Shown in pieces: positions 44,511 to 58,981 of a stretch of 64,000 nucleotides of DNA; the first letter of the stretch is position 1; each line of letters starts with the position of its first letter. The position numbers and the translations under genes were made by a program. Source of the stretch: Selaginella moellendorffii. Taxonomy: Eukaryota; Plantae; Lycopodiophyta. The notes below the pieces were generated by a model, which worked only from the letters and a program-made list of their open reading frames with translations, made no database searches and was not told the origin of the DNA. Location of the stretch: the NCBI RefSeq assembly GCF_000143415.4, contig NW_003314291.1, positions 1,654,517-1,718,516 of the forward strand. The letters run 5' to 3'.

Positions 44511-46104
44511 CATATCCTTGGTTACCACACGAAAGGACTGTTCTTCTTCCTTTCCATAGTCTAGGATTTTGGGATGATATTTTGAAACACCATAGCCTTA
44601 CACGAGCCTTATGGGTACTCTCCCCACCTTCCGCATTTGGGTGCTTTAGCCATGAGCTTAGAGCGAGGTTTCATTGAGCCATGCCAAGTATCCACGTAGG
44701 TAGTGCCCACCTACATTTGGACTAAGAGCATTTACCATTCGATCTCCTAGGGGAAATAGAGCCAGCTCTTAAACACTTCACCAAGCTACCCCACTTCTCA
44801 ATCCATATTCACTATAGCCTTGGACTTCCCAATGGTCATCCCATCACCCAACAGTAGGGTATAGCCTTCCGAGGCCAAACTGGCCTTTCCTGGCTAAACT
44901 AGCCTTTCCTAGCCAAACTGGCTCTATTGGGGTCCAACCCCTACACTCTCCCTACTATACTTTTCACTTTTGGAACCCCTTGCAGCCCCCACCCTCCCCC
45001 TCCCCCCCCCCCCCGGGGGACGATCGCTTTGGGCTTTCACCCAACAGCCTATATTAGTATTTGGACTCGAACTTGGACTCAGACTCAGACTCGGACTCAA
45101 TCTCAGTCTCGGTCTCGATCTCAGTTCTATCTCAAACTCCATCTTGGGTCCATCTCGGGTCCATCTCGGACTCCATCTCATGTCTATCTCAGACTTCATC
45201 TCGGACTCCATCTCGGGTCCATCTCAAGTCCACCTCGGACTCCATCTTGGACTCCATCTTAGGTCCATCTCGGGTCTATGTCCGACTCCATCTTGGGTCC
45301 ATCTTGGACTCCATCTTGGGTCTATCTCGGACTCCATATCAAACTCTATATCAAGTCCATCTCGGACTCTATCTTAGATCCCATCTCAGGTCCATCTTGG
45401 ACTCCATCTCAGACTCCATCTTGGGTCCCATCTTGGGTCCGTGCTCGTTCCTCAAGCCCTTTGTTGGGAGTTCCACTCCCATTCTCGACTTTTCAAGTCG
45501 GAGCTTTTAATCCAAATGTGTTACACTCGTTTGGCTTTCACTTCAGCTACTACCACATAGCACCCTTTTGGCTCCACTTTAGGGCTTTGGGATTTGTGTC
45601 TCACAGGTAGGGGGTTCCAAAAGTACAAGAGGGAGAATGTGGGGGTTGGATTTCAGTGGACCAGTGGAACCAATTTGGCCAAGAAAGGCTAATATGACCC
45701 AAAAAGACTACACCCACATGATGGGTGATGATATAACTATGAGACATAAATCCCAGAACTCCAAAAGTGGAGCAGAAAGGGTGTTGTATAGTAGTGGCTG
45801 AAGTGGGAGCCAAATGAGAGTAATATGTTTGGGCTAAAAGCTCCAGCTTGGACAGTGGAGAGTGGGAGTGGAACTCCCAAAGAAGTGCTCAAGAAATGAG
45901 CACAAAGCAAGTAGTGAGACTCTAGAAAATGGACACAAAAGGACCAACACATGACACATGGAAGAGTCCAAGATGGACCCAAAATGAAGTCCAAAAGGGA
46001 CTCAAGATGGAGTCACCCAGATGGAGTTCGAGATGGAGTCCAAGATGGACCCGAGATAGAGTCCAAGATGGAGTTCAAGATGGACCCAAAATGGAGTCTA
46101 AGAT
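44511..46104. mobile_element. Older, diverged family A LTR fragments (minus-strand piece 44511-45605, plus-strand pieces to ~46104)
   Basis: Degenerate matches to LTR A, including the TGTGTCTCACA end at 45605 and decayed TCGGACTCCATC repeats. Confidence 0.7.
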
Positions 46105-46385
46105 GCCATGTATATGATGTGTTTCAAGTCAATTTACTGGCACTATATCGTGTTGATGCAAATCGCTCTATGGACAATTGTACCCCTCCAAAAGTTATGC
46201 ATGGTGAACTTGAGTATGAGGTCGAGGTGATTCTCTTATCCTGCAAATCTTGTGGTGGTCATTCCAAGGAATATCTAGCTAAGTGGAAAGGTTACCCAAC
46301 TTGTGAATCAACTTGGGAACCTCTTAGGAATTTTACACATGCTCGTGAGCTTGTCACAGAGTATAAGAATTGTTATAAAAACTAG
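46105..46385 (+). pseudogene. Gypsy integrase C-terminus / chromodomain remnant
   Basis: VFQVNLL..EYEVEVIL..EYLAKWKGYPTCESTWEP. Confidence 0.75.
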
Positions 46386-46399
46386 TTTTTGTAAATCTT

Positions 46400-49195
46400 G
46401 TAATAAATCTTGCAAATCAATAAAGTAATATATTTCTATAAATCAAAGTTTCATTTCTCTCGTTTGTTATTACTTAGGTCAGTTTTGGCAGGCTAACTTT
46501 AGCACTCCAGTGCATGCATCCAATCCATAAACATGGGGATAACTATTATAAATTGATCACAAATCCCCATCTCTCTCTCGATGACTCATTTTTTAAAGGG
46601 GTGTGGTTCCAAATGTATGGTAGGGATAGTGGTTGGAATGCATGTCCAACCACTTGAAACATTAGTTTGGCTCTTGCTGGGTTGTGTCACTCTTTATTCT
46701 ACATCCAGCTTGGGTTTAAACCCAAGCTCTATATTGCTCTAGTTAGTGGGGTACTCTCCTCCTCGCATTAGGCCACTGGTATGCCAAAATTGTGCCAAAC
46801 ACCGTCAAATACCATTGCATATAAGTGCTAGATATGGGGAGTTAGTGCTCGTGGGATTGTATTGGACCCTTGTTTCATAGCGCAATGGGCTTGGAATTCA
46901 GCTCTAAGTTCAGGTGCACTACAATAGTGAGTAGGAGTCTTAGTTTGATCATACTCTTTTTGCATTTTATATTCTCTAGGGGTAGCCTCTTGGCTAATTG
47001 TATTCTCTAGGCTATTATAATCTCTAGATTTATTTTCCTCATGGCTAAGTGGATAATTTCAAAAATTACCTCTAGGAGGATAATCTTGATGGTCATCTTG
47101 TCTTTCAACACGTGGGTATTCATGTTTGGCACTTCAATTATCATTGTAATCATTCTTCTTACAATAACTTTTATTATCAACTGGATAGTTTTGCCTACAT
47201 GTTGTTTTATCAACTCAAGCTGTTTATTAGCCTCTTAGCTGTTTAAACAAGGTTTTATACTCCTTAGCTTAATGCCCTTTTTTTCATAAAATTGGCACTT
47301 AATCAACTAAAGTTTGCATTTTTCTTTACTATGGCTTTCATTTTTGCATTTGGTACATCATATCCCTTGTTTGAGATTGGTTTGCAATTTGAGGCTCTTT
47401 AGATGATCACTTTCCTTGTCTATAGGAGACATTTTTTTGTTTAACTTCACCATATCTACTATATCATATTTTTTTATGAAATCTTTGGTAGGCAATCATG
47501 GCTTTTTTCAAGTCATCAAAATCTACATGAACTCTCTTTATCACATGTTTATGATAAATTTTCTTAAGGCTCTATACGTGCATTTTGTTTGACACTAAAT
47601 CTTTACAATACTTATAACGCCTATTGAATCGAGTTGTGTATTCCTTGATTGTCTCAGATTTTTGTTAATGACGTTTTTACAACTCATTATAGTTTTCTTT
47701 TAAGTTTATTTCCATGGAGAAAAATTTAAGGAAAAACCTTGTCTACACATCAAACGTGCCAAAATTTTTGACATCATTGTCATAGTATCAGTCTTTAGCT
47801 TTGTTTTTTAGCGTATAGGGGAAAAGATTTTTTTCCTACCCATTTACTTGATTGAACTTAATTATTTTTGTGTAATGCTTAATATATCGTTGTGGATCCT
47901 TTCCTTTGATTCTGGAAAAGGATGGATATGTAATAACGGTGCTTATTGCCATTCTTGTAATTGCCATCGTGCTTATTGCAATTTGACAATAAATGCTTTA
48001 TTTTGCAACTAGTATAGGCAAAGTAAGTGTTTGGTTCATAGGAGAACCTAGATCATCGTCAAAGGGTAAAAGCAGTAAATTTAACTTTTCTTCCTTTTGT
48101 GGGGAATCATTTTAGTTGTTTTATATTCCACTACTTTTAGCTTAAGTATTTTCTATGTGCCGATACTACCAAGGGGGAGTATTATATGGATTTATGTATT
48201 CTAGATGACTATCAAAGTCATATTGGGATTTTTTATCTCCTCTTCATTGAGGTATACCCAATATACTTTCAATTTGCCTATTTTAAGCTTTTCTTTAACT
48301 TGGTTGAGCAAGGATTTAGTTTATTCTAAAGGGAGGTTAAGATCGTGAATATCACAAGCAAATGCTCTGTAATCTTGTTCTAGATCTTGTGAATACTTCT
48401 TTTTAGACTGCCTTCTGCTCATCAGATTGTGAGGGAAATGTTGTATATCTATTACTTTATTTGGTATAAACAATGATAATTTTATACATAGGGACTATAA
48501 CCTTTAAAACTTTATAAATAAGATCAATTATTGGTCTATGCTTATATATTTTAAGGTCTGTTAACATTACTACTATAGCAAACCTAGTTATTATGCCTCA
48601 TTCATGGAGTGAGTGGTACAAACTTTATGTATTCCCCTTGTAAATTGGCCTATTAGTTACTTTTAGGAACAAACACTTTACCTCCTAATCAATTTCGAAA
48701 TGAGGATGGCCTTTCTCTAGAGGCCAAATATCTAAGGCATTTCTTATACGGAAATCCCAAAAATTTCTCGAGCAACAAATATTTTTTTTCACAACATATC
48801 TATCTTGCTCATGTGTGGTCCACCTAAAATAATTTCTACTCCACAAATTTTTATTATTTATCAATCCAAATTTGGAATTGATCCAACATTTATCAACAAG
48901 TGTATTTTTTCTTATGGGTAGTTAAGCTTTATTATGGACCATTAATGTGCCTATAATAGCTTCTTTGCTTAAAATTGCAACAATTGTCTAGTAGGCAAAA
49001 TTTTATAAATCTTTTGCAGGTTATAATACTCAAGATTTGCGTCTAACTTAACTAAGCAAACTATCTCTCTGTCTAGGAAGAATCTTAGTACTAATCTTGA
49101 GCAAAATATTGTCAAGTATCTCGCTCAGTAATTTGTTGAGCTGTTTAAACAATTTTGTTAAATCTATCATTTGTTGACCTAGTTAGGCACATAAG
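46400..49195 (-). mobile_element. Highly decayed AT-rich retroelement remnant (gag-like traces); host sequence continues after 56110
   Basis: Minus-strand CTKCKNESHSKEKC zinc-knuckle-like trace at ~47315-47360 and PSFS..KDPQRYIK gag-like trace at ~47880-47925; many stops. Confidence 0.45.
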
Positions 49196-50563
49196 TGTAA
49201 GCCACAAATTTTTCCTTTCCAATTTGCCAGCTTACCTCGTCTACCCGTCTAACACTGCCTTGGCTTTTGCTAAGTTCCCTCGCCAAGGTTCTCGCCTATG
49301 GTACCAGCTCCTACTTGGTCCTACTTGGTTTCAGCTACTCCCTGCATGAGCAATGAAGTGTTAGCCATCCATCCACGGATTCCCAAATCTCTCCCAATCC
49401 CCCTCCCCAGGTTAGACTGGACTTAATGTTCGGCTGCACTCCTAGCAGGCACAAGCAGCCAAGCACACCAAGCCTCCAGGTTCCTAACATCCCTTGGTAC
49501 CACAAGACTTGATCATAGGACCCTCTAAATCCCAAGTTTTGGGTGCAACACTTGCTTCGGGACACTGGGGTGAAACACCGTGGCCTAACAACCTAGTATG
49601 GGTACCTCTAGCCCCCCACTTCCATCCCGAAGGGAAAGCCCAAACCCCTAGGAAGGGTGAGGACCAATGAGCCACAAGGTACTCAAGTGGGGCACCACTC
49701 CACATGAGTTGGGAGCACCGCAATCGGTTTCCCTTTCGGGAGTGGGAGCTGCTCTTGAGCATTTCCTTTGGTGGCCCCTCTGACACCCCCGAGTCCATGC
49801 TCACTCCCACCCAAGGCCCCTCGGCCCCAATTTCAACCTCAAGTCAGTTTGGAAGCACCATTAGAGAGGACCCGACTTCGGATTTGGTCTCGGACTCGAT
49901 CTCAAACTCGATCTCGGACCCGATCTCAGACTCGACTTCAGACTCGATCTTGGACCCAATTTTCAGATCTCGGACTCCGTCTCGAACTTGGTCTCGAACT
50001 CGGTCTCCGAGTCGGCCTCGGACTCGATTTCGGACTCTATCTCGAACTCGGTCTCAGAGTCGGTCTTGGACTCGATCTCAGACTCAGCCCCATCCGATGA
50101 ACTCTTTGTCATTTTGGTTATGTGTTTGGGGATCCTTAAGCCTACGACACCTCAGGGAGTTGGTTCCTTATAACTCCACCACCCATAGAAGAAGTTCGAT
50201 GCCCACATCGAATGTCTTTTTTTATCCTATGACTTGTTGACCATGTCTCCGGGGGCATCCCCCCACTTAGAAGTTAGCCTCCTCAGCCAAGAACCCATGA
50301 CAACGGAATATAGGTATCCCTATACTCCTCACCCTACCACGCCCTAGTATGGGGTTGGGACTTGAACCCAGCCTTGCTTTACTAGAGGGTTGGGACTCGA
50401 ACCCAACCTCCGTAGAATATGTTTACGGATTCGACATCCCCGTGGGGAGTCGGGCATAGTTCTCTATGCCTAGTCAACCTAATTAACCTATGCTAATTAG
50501 CTTACCCTCGGCGCACCTTCGGGTCCCAACATATGCCATTGCTCAACTTCACAAATTGATACT

Positions 50564-53500
50564 TTAATTGAACTTTGTATAAGTACATAGAGTTCTACCT
50601 TGCAAAAATTCCTCCACTAGATCTCGCACGTTCGCTAGGTTCTCCTCTGGTTCCCATGTTACTTCGCAGTGTGGAAATCCTTTCCACTTCACATGGAACT
50701 CTCTCACCTCGCGTCCTTGTCGCTTGCTCTTGCATGCATTGAGGATGGCCTCGACTTCGTATTTCTCTTCCCCTTGGATAACCTTAGGTAAAGGCCTTAC
50801 TTGGTCCTTGCGAAGCGGATCCTCAAAGTACAGCTTGAGTAAGTTCACATGGAACACTGGGTGCATCTTCCCCATCTCTCGAGGAAGTTGGAGACGGTAA
50901 GCCACTTTATCAATTTGTGCCTCAATCTCATAAGGCCCCGTGAACCTGCTTAAGGAACTCAAGATCAATTCATTTACGGAATACATGCATCTTTACCTTT
51001 GGGTCAACTTCTAGCTGATCCCACTTAGTAGCCTCAGGTTCTTGGTGTTCAACCACACCTTCTCCCCAGCTTGGAACTTTACATCCCGACGCTTCTAGTT
51101 CGCGTAGTTGGTTTGCCTTTGTTGAGCTCATTCCAAGGAATCCCTTACTAGATTCCAAATGTTGAGTCTTTTCGCCGTAAATGCCTCCACTACGGGTAAC
51201 TCTCCATGATACTTGGCCACGCCGAGCTCCACAGGACCTTCAATAGCTCGCCCATTGATGACTTCCCATGGACTCACCCCGATACTCGAATGTGGTGAAT
51301 TGTTATAACACATTTCCGCAAGTCCCAAATGACTTACCCAATCGGTCTGGTCTCCCAAGACATAGCATCGCAAATACTCCTCCAGCTGCCTATTCACCCT
51401 TTCTGTTTGTCTATCTGTCTATGGGTGATAGGCTGTGCTGAATTTCAACTTGGTGCGATACTGTTCCAGGAAAGTTCTCTAGAACCTACTGGTGAAGATC
51501 TTATCTCGATCTGAGATAATCTCTTTTGGCCTTCCCCGCATTCGAACCACTTGTTCAAAGAACAGCTTCACCACACCTTCCGCATCCACTTTCATTGTGG
51601 TGGGTATGAAATGTGCCATCTTCAAAAATCGGTCCACCACCACGAATATCGCATCGAACCCCCTGCTTGGGGGGAGTCCCATGACGAAGTCCATCATAAG
51701 ACATTTCCACGGACGATCTGGAATTGGGATGCTTTGCAACAAGCCCCCACTAGCCTTAGTCACGGCTTTGACCTGCTGACATGTTGGACATGTCTTTACA
51801 TAGTCTTGGACGCCCTTAGCCATATTTGGCTAGTGATACTTCCTCTTGAGTAAGCCCATCGTCTTGGGCACTCTGCCGTGTCTCGCAAAAGGTCCGTCAT
51901 GGCACTCCTCTATAGCTACCTTCCTTAGTTCCACTTCTGGGACATACACCCTCGTTTGCTTGTAATAGATGAGTCCATTGCGTTCCGCATAGCCTGTTTT
52001 CTCTTCCGTTGGCAACTCACCTCTCTGGTGAGCTTCCCGTGCTTCCAAATTCTGCAGCAACACTTCATTGTGTTTCGTTGCCACATTGTCCGTGTAAACC
52101 TTGAAGTGTCTCCCAAGTTAGTGTCGCCACTCCTTGAGCGCCTTGACCACCGCAAACAATTCCTTCTCGTGGGCAGGCCACTTCCATTGAGCCTTGTCCA
52201 ACTTCTTCAAGAAGAACGCTATTGGGTGATTGTCTTGCTTCAAAACTGCGCCCAACGCAAAGTCTGAAGCATCTGTTTCTACCTCAAAGTCCTTACCAAA
52301 GTCTGGTAATATCAACACGGGAGCCTTCCTCAACTTCCCTTTGAGGTGGACAAATGCCGCCTCGCATTCCACTGTCCATACCATCTCTTCTATTTTCCCG
52401 TTTGGTCCGTTAAAGGTAAGGCTATTCTCGAATAGTGTTTGATAAACTTTTGGTAATAGTTGCATAGCCCTAAGAATGCCTTTAACTTGTGTACATTCGA
52501 TGGTCGCTCCCAATCCTGGATCGCTTGGACCTTCTTAGGGTCCACTTTGAGCCCGTCCTTGCCCACCACATGCCCGAGAAACTTTATCTTTTGTTGAGCA
52601 AAGTCACATTTGCTCTCTTTAGCATATAGCTGGTGTTCCCTTAGTTTCTCAAACACCTTTGTCAAGTGTTCGGCATGCTCCTCTAGCGTTTCGCTATAGA
52701 TCAGGATGTCGTCAATATAGACAACCACAAAGTGATCCAGATAGGGTACAAATATGTGGTTCATCAACGCCGAAAATGTTGCCGGCGCATTGCATAGCCC
52801 GAAGGGCATCACCAGAAACTCAAAGCTCCCATACCTTGTTCGACAAGTTGTCTTCTCGACATCTTCCTCTGCTACCCTGATCTGGTAGTATCCTGACATT
52901 AGTTCAATCCTCGAGAAGTATTTTGCCTTTCCCAACCTATCAAACAGGTCCTTAATCTTTGGCAAAGGGTATTTGTTCTTCTTTGTATACTTGTTGAGCA
53001 ACCGGTAGTCTATGCACATGTGTATAACTCCATCTTTCTTTTGCACAAATAACACCGGCGCCCCATACAGCGACTTGCTCAACCTAACATACCCTTTGTC
53101 CACCAACTCCTCTAGTTGGCACTTGAGCTCCTCAAGTTCTTTTTCGTTCAAACGATAGGGGGGATGAACCACCGCCTCAGCACCCTCGACTAGCTTAATC
53201 TTATGTTCTATCAATCGTGCGGGGGGAACCCCACTGGTAGCTCCTCCGGCATGGTATCTTGGAATTGGTCCAACACCCGCTAGATTACTAAAGGTACTTC
53301 TTCCGTTCCCGTCTTTTTGTCACTCTTCACCGAGAGTAAGCATAAAAAGGCTACCTTAGTTCCTTTAGTGAGTTGTCCTTTCGTGGACACTAGGGCAGGA
53401 ATCTTTGGCCTTGCATTACCCTACCTTTAGATCTTGGGCCTCCACCCTGGATCTTCTTTCTTGGGCATTCGCTACTACCACAAGGTTCCTACCTTGTCCA

Positions 53501-53710
53501 TGCAGAGCTACCACGAATCGATTGAACCAATCCATCTGAAAATCACGTCAAATCTTGCCATGTCCAACACGATGAAATCCATGTCTACTCTCCATGTCCC
53601 TATTTCAACTCTCGCTTGTCGAAGTACCTCATCGATGCTTTGGCTACCTTGAACAAACTCTATAGTCCTTGGTTCGCCCAGCCGCTACACCGTTAGTCCG
53701 GCTTGCCAGA
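50564..53710 (-). pseudogene. pol: Gypsy pol (truncated protease, RT, RNase H, integrase, chromodomain) with stops, frameshifts and a deletion
   Basis: RT motifs [31 protein letters not shown]; RH TDASD; IN MDF..SDRD; chromodomain VKWKGF; retained intron 50946-50996. Confidence 0.9.
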
Positions 53711-54916
53711 CTATGTCTCAGTTTGGATGTCACCCGACTTAATGGCCATATTGGCTCTGGCCTTCTTCGGGTAGGGACATTCCCTCGAAAAGTGTCCCGC
53801 TTCACCGCAGTTGTAGCATACGTTGTTTCCCACACTGCTAAACGACTTGACCTTCTTATCTGTGGGTTTATCTTTTTTTGCTTGACTCCCCCACGTACTC
53901 ACTCGCTGGCCACCGGATTTGCCTTTCCGAAACCCCGAGGACTCATTCTTAGAGAAACTCTTCTTGAATTTCCCTTTGCTATACGTTCCCCTTGGTTTGG
54001 CCCCTTTGCTAAATGTGGATCTCGACCCCGTCATGTTCCCCTTTCGCAGGTTATCGTTAAAATGCACCTTGATAGCCGCATCCAACGCTTCCTTGTAGTT
54101 GGTCGGGTTCTAGCGCATCACCTCACCGTGAGCCCAGGTTTGCAAACCTGATATGAAGGCATGGAACGCATCCATATCCCCCATGTTCGTGACAAATATC
54201 CTCTTTGCCATAAACCCATTCACATACTCCTGAATGGTTCTGGTCTGCTTCAGCCTACTTAGCTCGTCTCTTAGATGCAGAGTAGCATTCGAAGGAACGT
54301 AAGTTGCGCAGATCCTCGCCTTCATCATGTCCCAAGTGGCCACCGGTCCTTCGTTGGCCTCCGTCGTTCTCCACCAAGACTTGGCATTATCTGCCAGATA
54401 TGGTTTTGCACATGGGACCTTCTCTGAGCTCGGTAATTGCAACGCTCGGAAGTAGTCCTCCATATCATAAAACCAATCCTCCACCACTTTATAGTCATTC
54501 ACTCCCTTGAAGACCGGTGGGGGCTTTGGTTTGTTCTCGGGAACTGCCTGAGGGACTGATTCCATTTCGGTCTGTTCGACCTTGTTTGGTTCTGCCTCAG
54601 TCCCTACCGAAGGGTCTGCACCTTCTACGCTGCCAGCATCCGCAGTCTTTCGATTTTTCTTCCGCTTCTCATCACGCTTTAGCTTGCGTACGAGAGTCTC
54701 CAGCAGGGCATTGATCTGTGCCAACTGTCCTTCTAAAATGTCCAATCGAGCCTTAGACAACCGAACCTCGCCACCGGACTCCTGTTTGGAAGTTTCCTCA
54801 CTGGAGTCCTCCTCATGCAAGGATTCCTCATCCATAGCATCTCGTTCAACCGGAGGCTCCAGCTCTGGAGGAGGTTCCATCTCCACCTTGGTTCGCTTCC
54901 ACCCTGCCTTTGCCAT
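53711..54916 (-). pseudogene. gag: Gypsy gag with CCHC zinc knuckle (one internal stop)
   Basis: PPVFKG..VEDWFYDMEDYF, AKSWWR, LKQTRTIQEY; CYNCGEAGHFSREC. Confidence 0.85.
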
Positions 54917-57900
54917 CTCTCAGCAATCCGCCTCTATCCTTCGCTAGAACTGAGGAAAAGGCTTTAATACCAAATTGTAAGCCACAAATTTTTCCTTTCC
55001 AATTTGCCAATTTACCTCGTCTACCCGTCCAACACTACCTTGGCTTTTGCTAAGTTCCCTCGCCAAGGTTCCCGCCTATGGTACCAGCTCTTACTTAGTC
55101 CTACTTGGTTTTAGCTACTCACTGCACGAGCAACGGAGTGTTAGCCATCCATCCACGGATTCTTAAATCTCTCCCAATCCCCCTCCCTGAGTTAGACTGG
55201 ACTTAAGGTTCGGCTACACTCCCGGCAGGCAAAAGCAGCCAAGCACACCAAGCCTCCAGGTTCCTAACATCCCTTGGTACCACAAGACTTGATCATGGGA
55301 CCCTCTAAATCCCAAGTTTTGGGTGCAACACTTGCTTCGGGACACTAGGGTGAAGAACTGTGGCCTAACGGCACAGTATGGGTACCTCTACCCCCCCACT
55401 TCCATCTCGAAGGGAAGGCTCAAGCCCCTAGGAAGGGCGAGGACCAATGAGCCACAAGGTATTCAAGTGGGGCACCACTCCACATGAGCCGAGAGCACCG
55501 CAATCAGTTTCCCTTTCGGGAGTGGGAGCTGCTCTTAAGCACTTCCTTAGGTGGCCCCTCCGGCACCCCCGAGTCCATGCTCACTCCCACCCAAGGCCCC
55601 TCGGCCCCAGTCTCAACCTCAAGTCAGTTTGGAAGCACCACTGGAGAGTTCCTTCAAGACTGGTTCCTGGACCTCACTATCCCTACTATACTTTTGGAAC
55701 CCCCTGCAGCGCCCCCCCCCCCCCCCTCGGGAGACACATGCTTTGGGCTTTCACCCCTTGACCTGTATTAGTACTCGAGCTCGATCTCGGATTTGATCTT
55801 GGACCTGACTTCGGATTCAGTCTCGGACTCGATCTCGGACTTGATCTCGGACCCGATCTCGAACTCGACTTTGGACTCGGTCTTGGACCCAATTCTCGGA
55901 TCTCGTACTCTGTCTCGAACTCGGTCTCAAACTCGGTCTCCGAGTCGGCCTCGGACTCGATTCCGGACTCTATTTCGAACTCGGTCTCAGAGTCGGTCTT
56001 GGATTCGATCTCAGACTCGGTCCCATCCGATGAACTCTTTGTCATTTTGGTCATGCATTCGGGGATCCTTTAGCCTACGACACCTTGGGGAGTTGATTCC
56101 TTACAATAAGATAGTTTAGTTTTTGCTTTCTTATACTTTTGCCTAGTCACATAGAGTGGGGATTAGTCAACTTCCATTTAGGTGTATAAGTAAATTGTGA
56201 TTTTGATATGTGTGATAGATCACTAATAAACATTTTTATTTTGTCTACCCCAATTCCTCCATTCAACTTTTATTAGGACAATGAAGGGTCGTCAATCATC
56301 AATCTCTCCACCTAGGTGTATAGGAGGACTTTCCCTTTCTATCTGTGCTTAGTATGGATAAAATTAATTTAGTGTAAAGTCTTTGACACATGATAGCCAC
56401 TTCCAAAGTAACTTGCTTGCTTCACAATGGGTCTTACCCTTTAGCTTATAGCCAACCTTGCCCTTACAATTGTGGAATTAGAAAGAGATGCTTATTACTT
56501 TTGGTAAATTTTAAGCAAATTGGAATAACACTAGGGACTAATTTGAATGGGGCGTGGAGACCAATCTGTGAAATTGCCCTGTAGAATTAACACAAGAGTC
56601 AAATTGTCTAACATATAATAATTTATTTTAGATTAGTTTTTTATTGGAATGACCTTAGGTAATTTTTTAAACATGTGATAACTAATTCATGGAAGATTTT
56701 GCTTCAAATATAGACAAAATTTGCTTTTCAAGGCAAATTTCTCTTTAACCTCTTCACGAACATGCGGTAATGGTCAATACAAGTCTCTACTCAAGCCTAT
56801 TTGACAGATTTTTAAGCTTTAAAATATATTTTAGAATTTTTAGGAGTGTCTTAAGCTATTTCACTTATCTCTAAGTTTGTTCTAATTCTTTAAAGATCAA
56901 AGTGATGATAATAGTGTCTCTAAGCCTTAGCCTAGTAACAAGCTTTGCAACTCTCTATTTTACGTTTATGGTGTGAAGTCTCTTGATTACTTCATCTAGC
57001 AAAAGCTTGATTAGCAAACGATGTGATCTATACATTCCAAATGTAGGTGGAAATTGAGCTACAACTCTTACTGGAGTAATTATATAATTTTGTCTATGTG
57101 GTAAATATTTGCTAGGTGGGAATTTTCTCATATGAGGAGGCATATACACTTGTAGATTATGTCTCACAAAGGGTGGTTCATGCTTTGCAAAGGGTGTTTC
57201 ACACTTAAAGTGGTGAGTATTTTCCCTAGCAATTGAGCATTGCTCAATTGGTTTGAAAGGCACTTATTCACTTATATATTTACTCTTTGTCTATGCCTCA
57301 CTTCAAGGGATATAAGGCATAGTTCAAGGTGATTGCGCTTGATTCCTCCTTATGGGGCTAGATGTGATATGAGTGCTCTCAAAATCTATAGGAGAGTGAC
57401 ACCTTTCACACTGAGTAGTGTTTGCATGCTCTCTATGTATAAAAGATAAGCCTTGATTAATTTAGAGCAAATTGAACAGTTAGAGTGGTTTGTGATAGTT
57501 ATTTCCAAATTTTTGATTTGTGAATCTTGTTCGACTCTCATAGACTCTTATATATGTAGGAGACTTAAACTCGGGACAACTCTACTCTGAAACCATATTT
57601 GAGTAGTTGTCCAAGCTATAGGACCTTAGATCAAAGCCTTGAGACAACACAATATTTTAATTGTAATTTTGCCTTTGTCAAAGCCTCATAAGATTTGGGT
57701 GAATAATTCTTTAATTTGTTCTTCACTAAGGCTAGCTCTAGCTCTTTTTAAGTTGGATGGTTAATTCAATGCAAATGCATACAATAGTGAGTAGGGGTTG
57801 TTTTTCAGCACGTCTAAATAGTACTTATATACTACATGATTTTATAACCATTCCTAACGAGCATTGCCTAGGTCAGATCTTTCTTCTTTGGATGTCTAAA

Positions 57901-58981
57901 CTTAAGCATAACTCATTTTGCCTAAGTTTTCTTTTTCTACTCTGCCTAGGAAAATATATAAGATAAAACATTTACCTCTTCACTAGCTATGCCCAACCTA
58001 GCCACTATCCCTACTATACATTTGGAACCCCCCTCCCACCCCTCCCAAGGAACACATGCTTTGGGCTTTCACCTTTAACCACCCTTAGTACCAAGAGTTA
58101 ATCTTTGGGACTAACTTGAAATTGTGAATTTAGGCATGGAACAAACACCATTGTGTTCAAAACAATTTCTACATTCTATAGATATACTAAATTAATAAAT
58201 CTAGACACTTTCTATAAATAGCAATTGGGACAAAATGGAATTAACACAAGGTGCATGATAGTAAAAGTGTTTGGCAAACACAATAAGTTATCATTTGGCG
58301 AATATTGAGGGACTAAGCTCAATATTGCGGGGGTTCACAACACTAGTAAATACAAGTCAACAAATGAGTTTCTCTAGCTAAGTCAAGTATACTTGATTAA
58401 TAGCATTTAGGAATTTTATCCTTATGCTTGTCTAGTCAAGTGCACATGTAAAGATTAGTTTCTCAACTAGCTTAGGAAGAAATTGAAAAAAGGGTCCAGC
58501 AATACCAACTTCCTACCATCATAGCAATAAGGAAAAAATATCTGAAAGAACTAGCTAATAGGTAATTTTTTATACCCATAGTCACATTCATAACAATCAC
58601 CCACCTTATATTCCAAGAATTTATTATGCTCATTCGCAGATTTCTCTGCCCTATCCTAAACTACTTACAAATTCTGTTTCCACACCACTAGAATCTTATC
58701 AAATTCTATGGTTAGATCAATCACTTCTAAATTAAGCTTATATTGAACATCCTTGCTTAACTATAATCCCAACTCCTCAAACTACTTCTTATCATACTTT
58801 ATCTTGTGCATGAGTGTCTCTAGTAGGGCATTAGTATATGCCAATTATCTTTCTAAAATATCCAATCAAGCCTTAGACAACCAAATCTTACCCCTAAACT
58901 CCTATTTTGAAGTTTCCTCACTATAGTCCTTTTCTTCTAGGGATTCCTTATCCACAGTTTCTTGTTCGATTGGAAGCTCTA

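Larger units (their letters stand above)
49196..56105 (-). mobile_element. Full-length but degenerate Ty3/Gypsy chromovirus, family B
   Basis: LTRs 54976-56105 (5') and 49196-50172 (3'); TSD ATAAG on both sides; degenerate Met PBS (TGGTATTAAAGC) at ~54961-54972; order gag-PR-RT-RH-IN-chromo. Confidence 0.92.

Noticed and set aside
56110-58981. Possible host gene in the AT-rich interval
   Set aside because: No credible ORF or exon chain; it looks like decayed repeat sequence and includes an LTR-core fragment at ~58005-58055.
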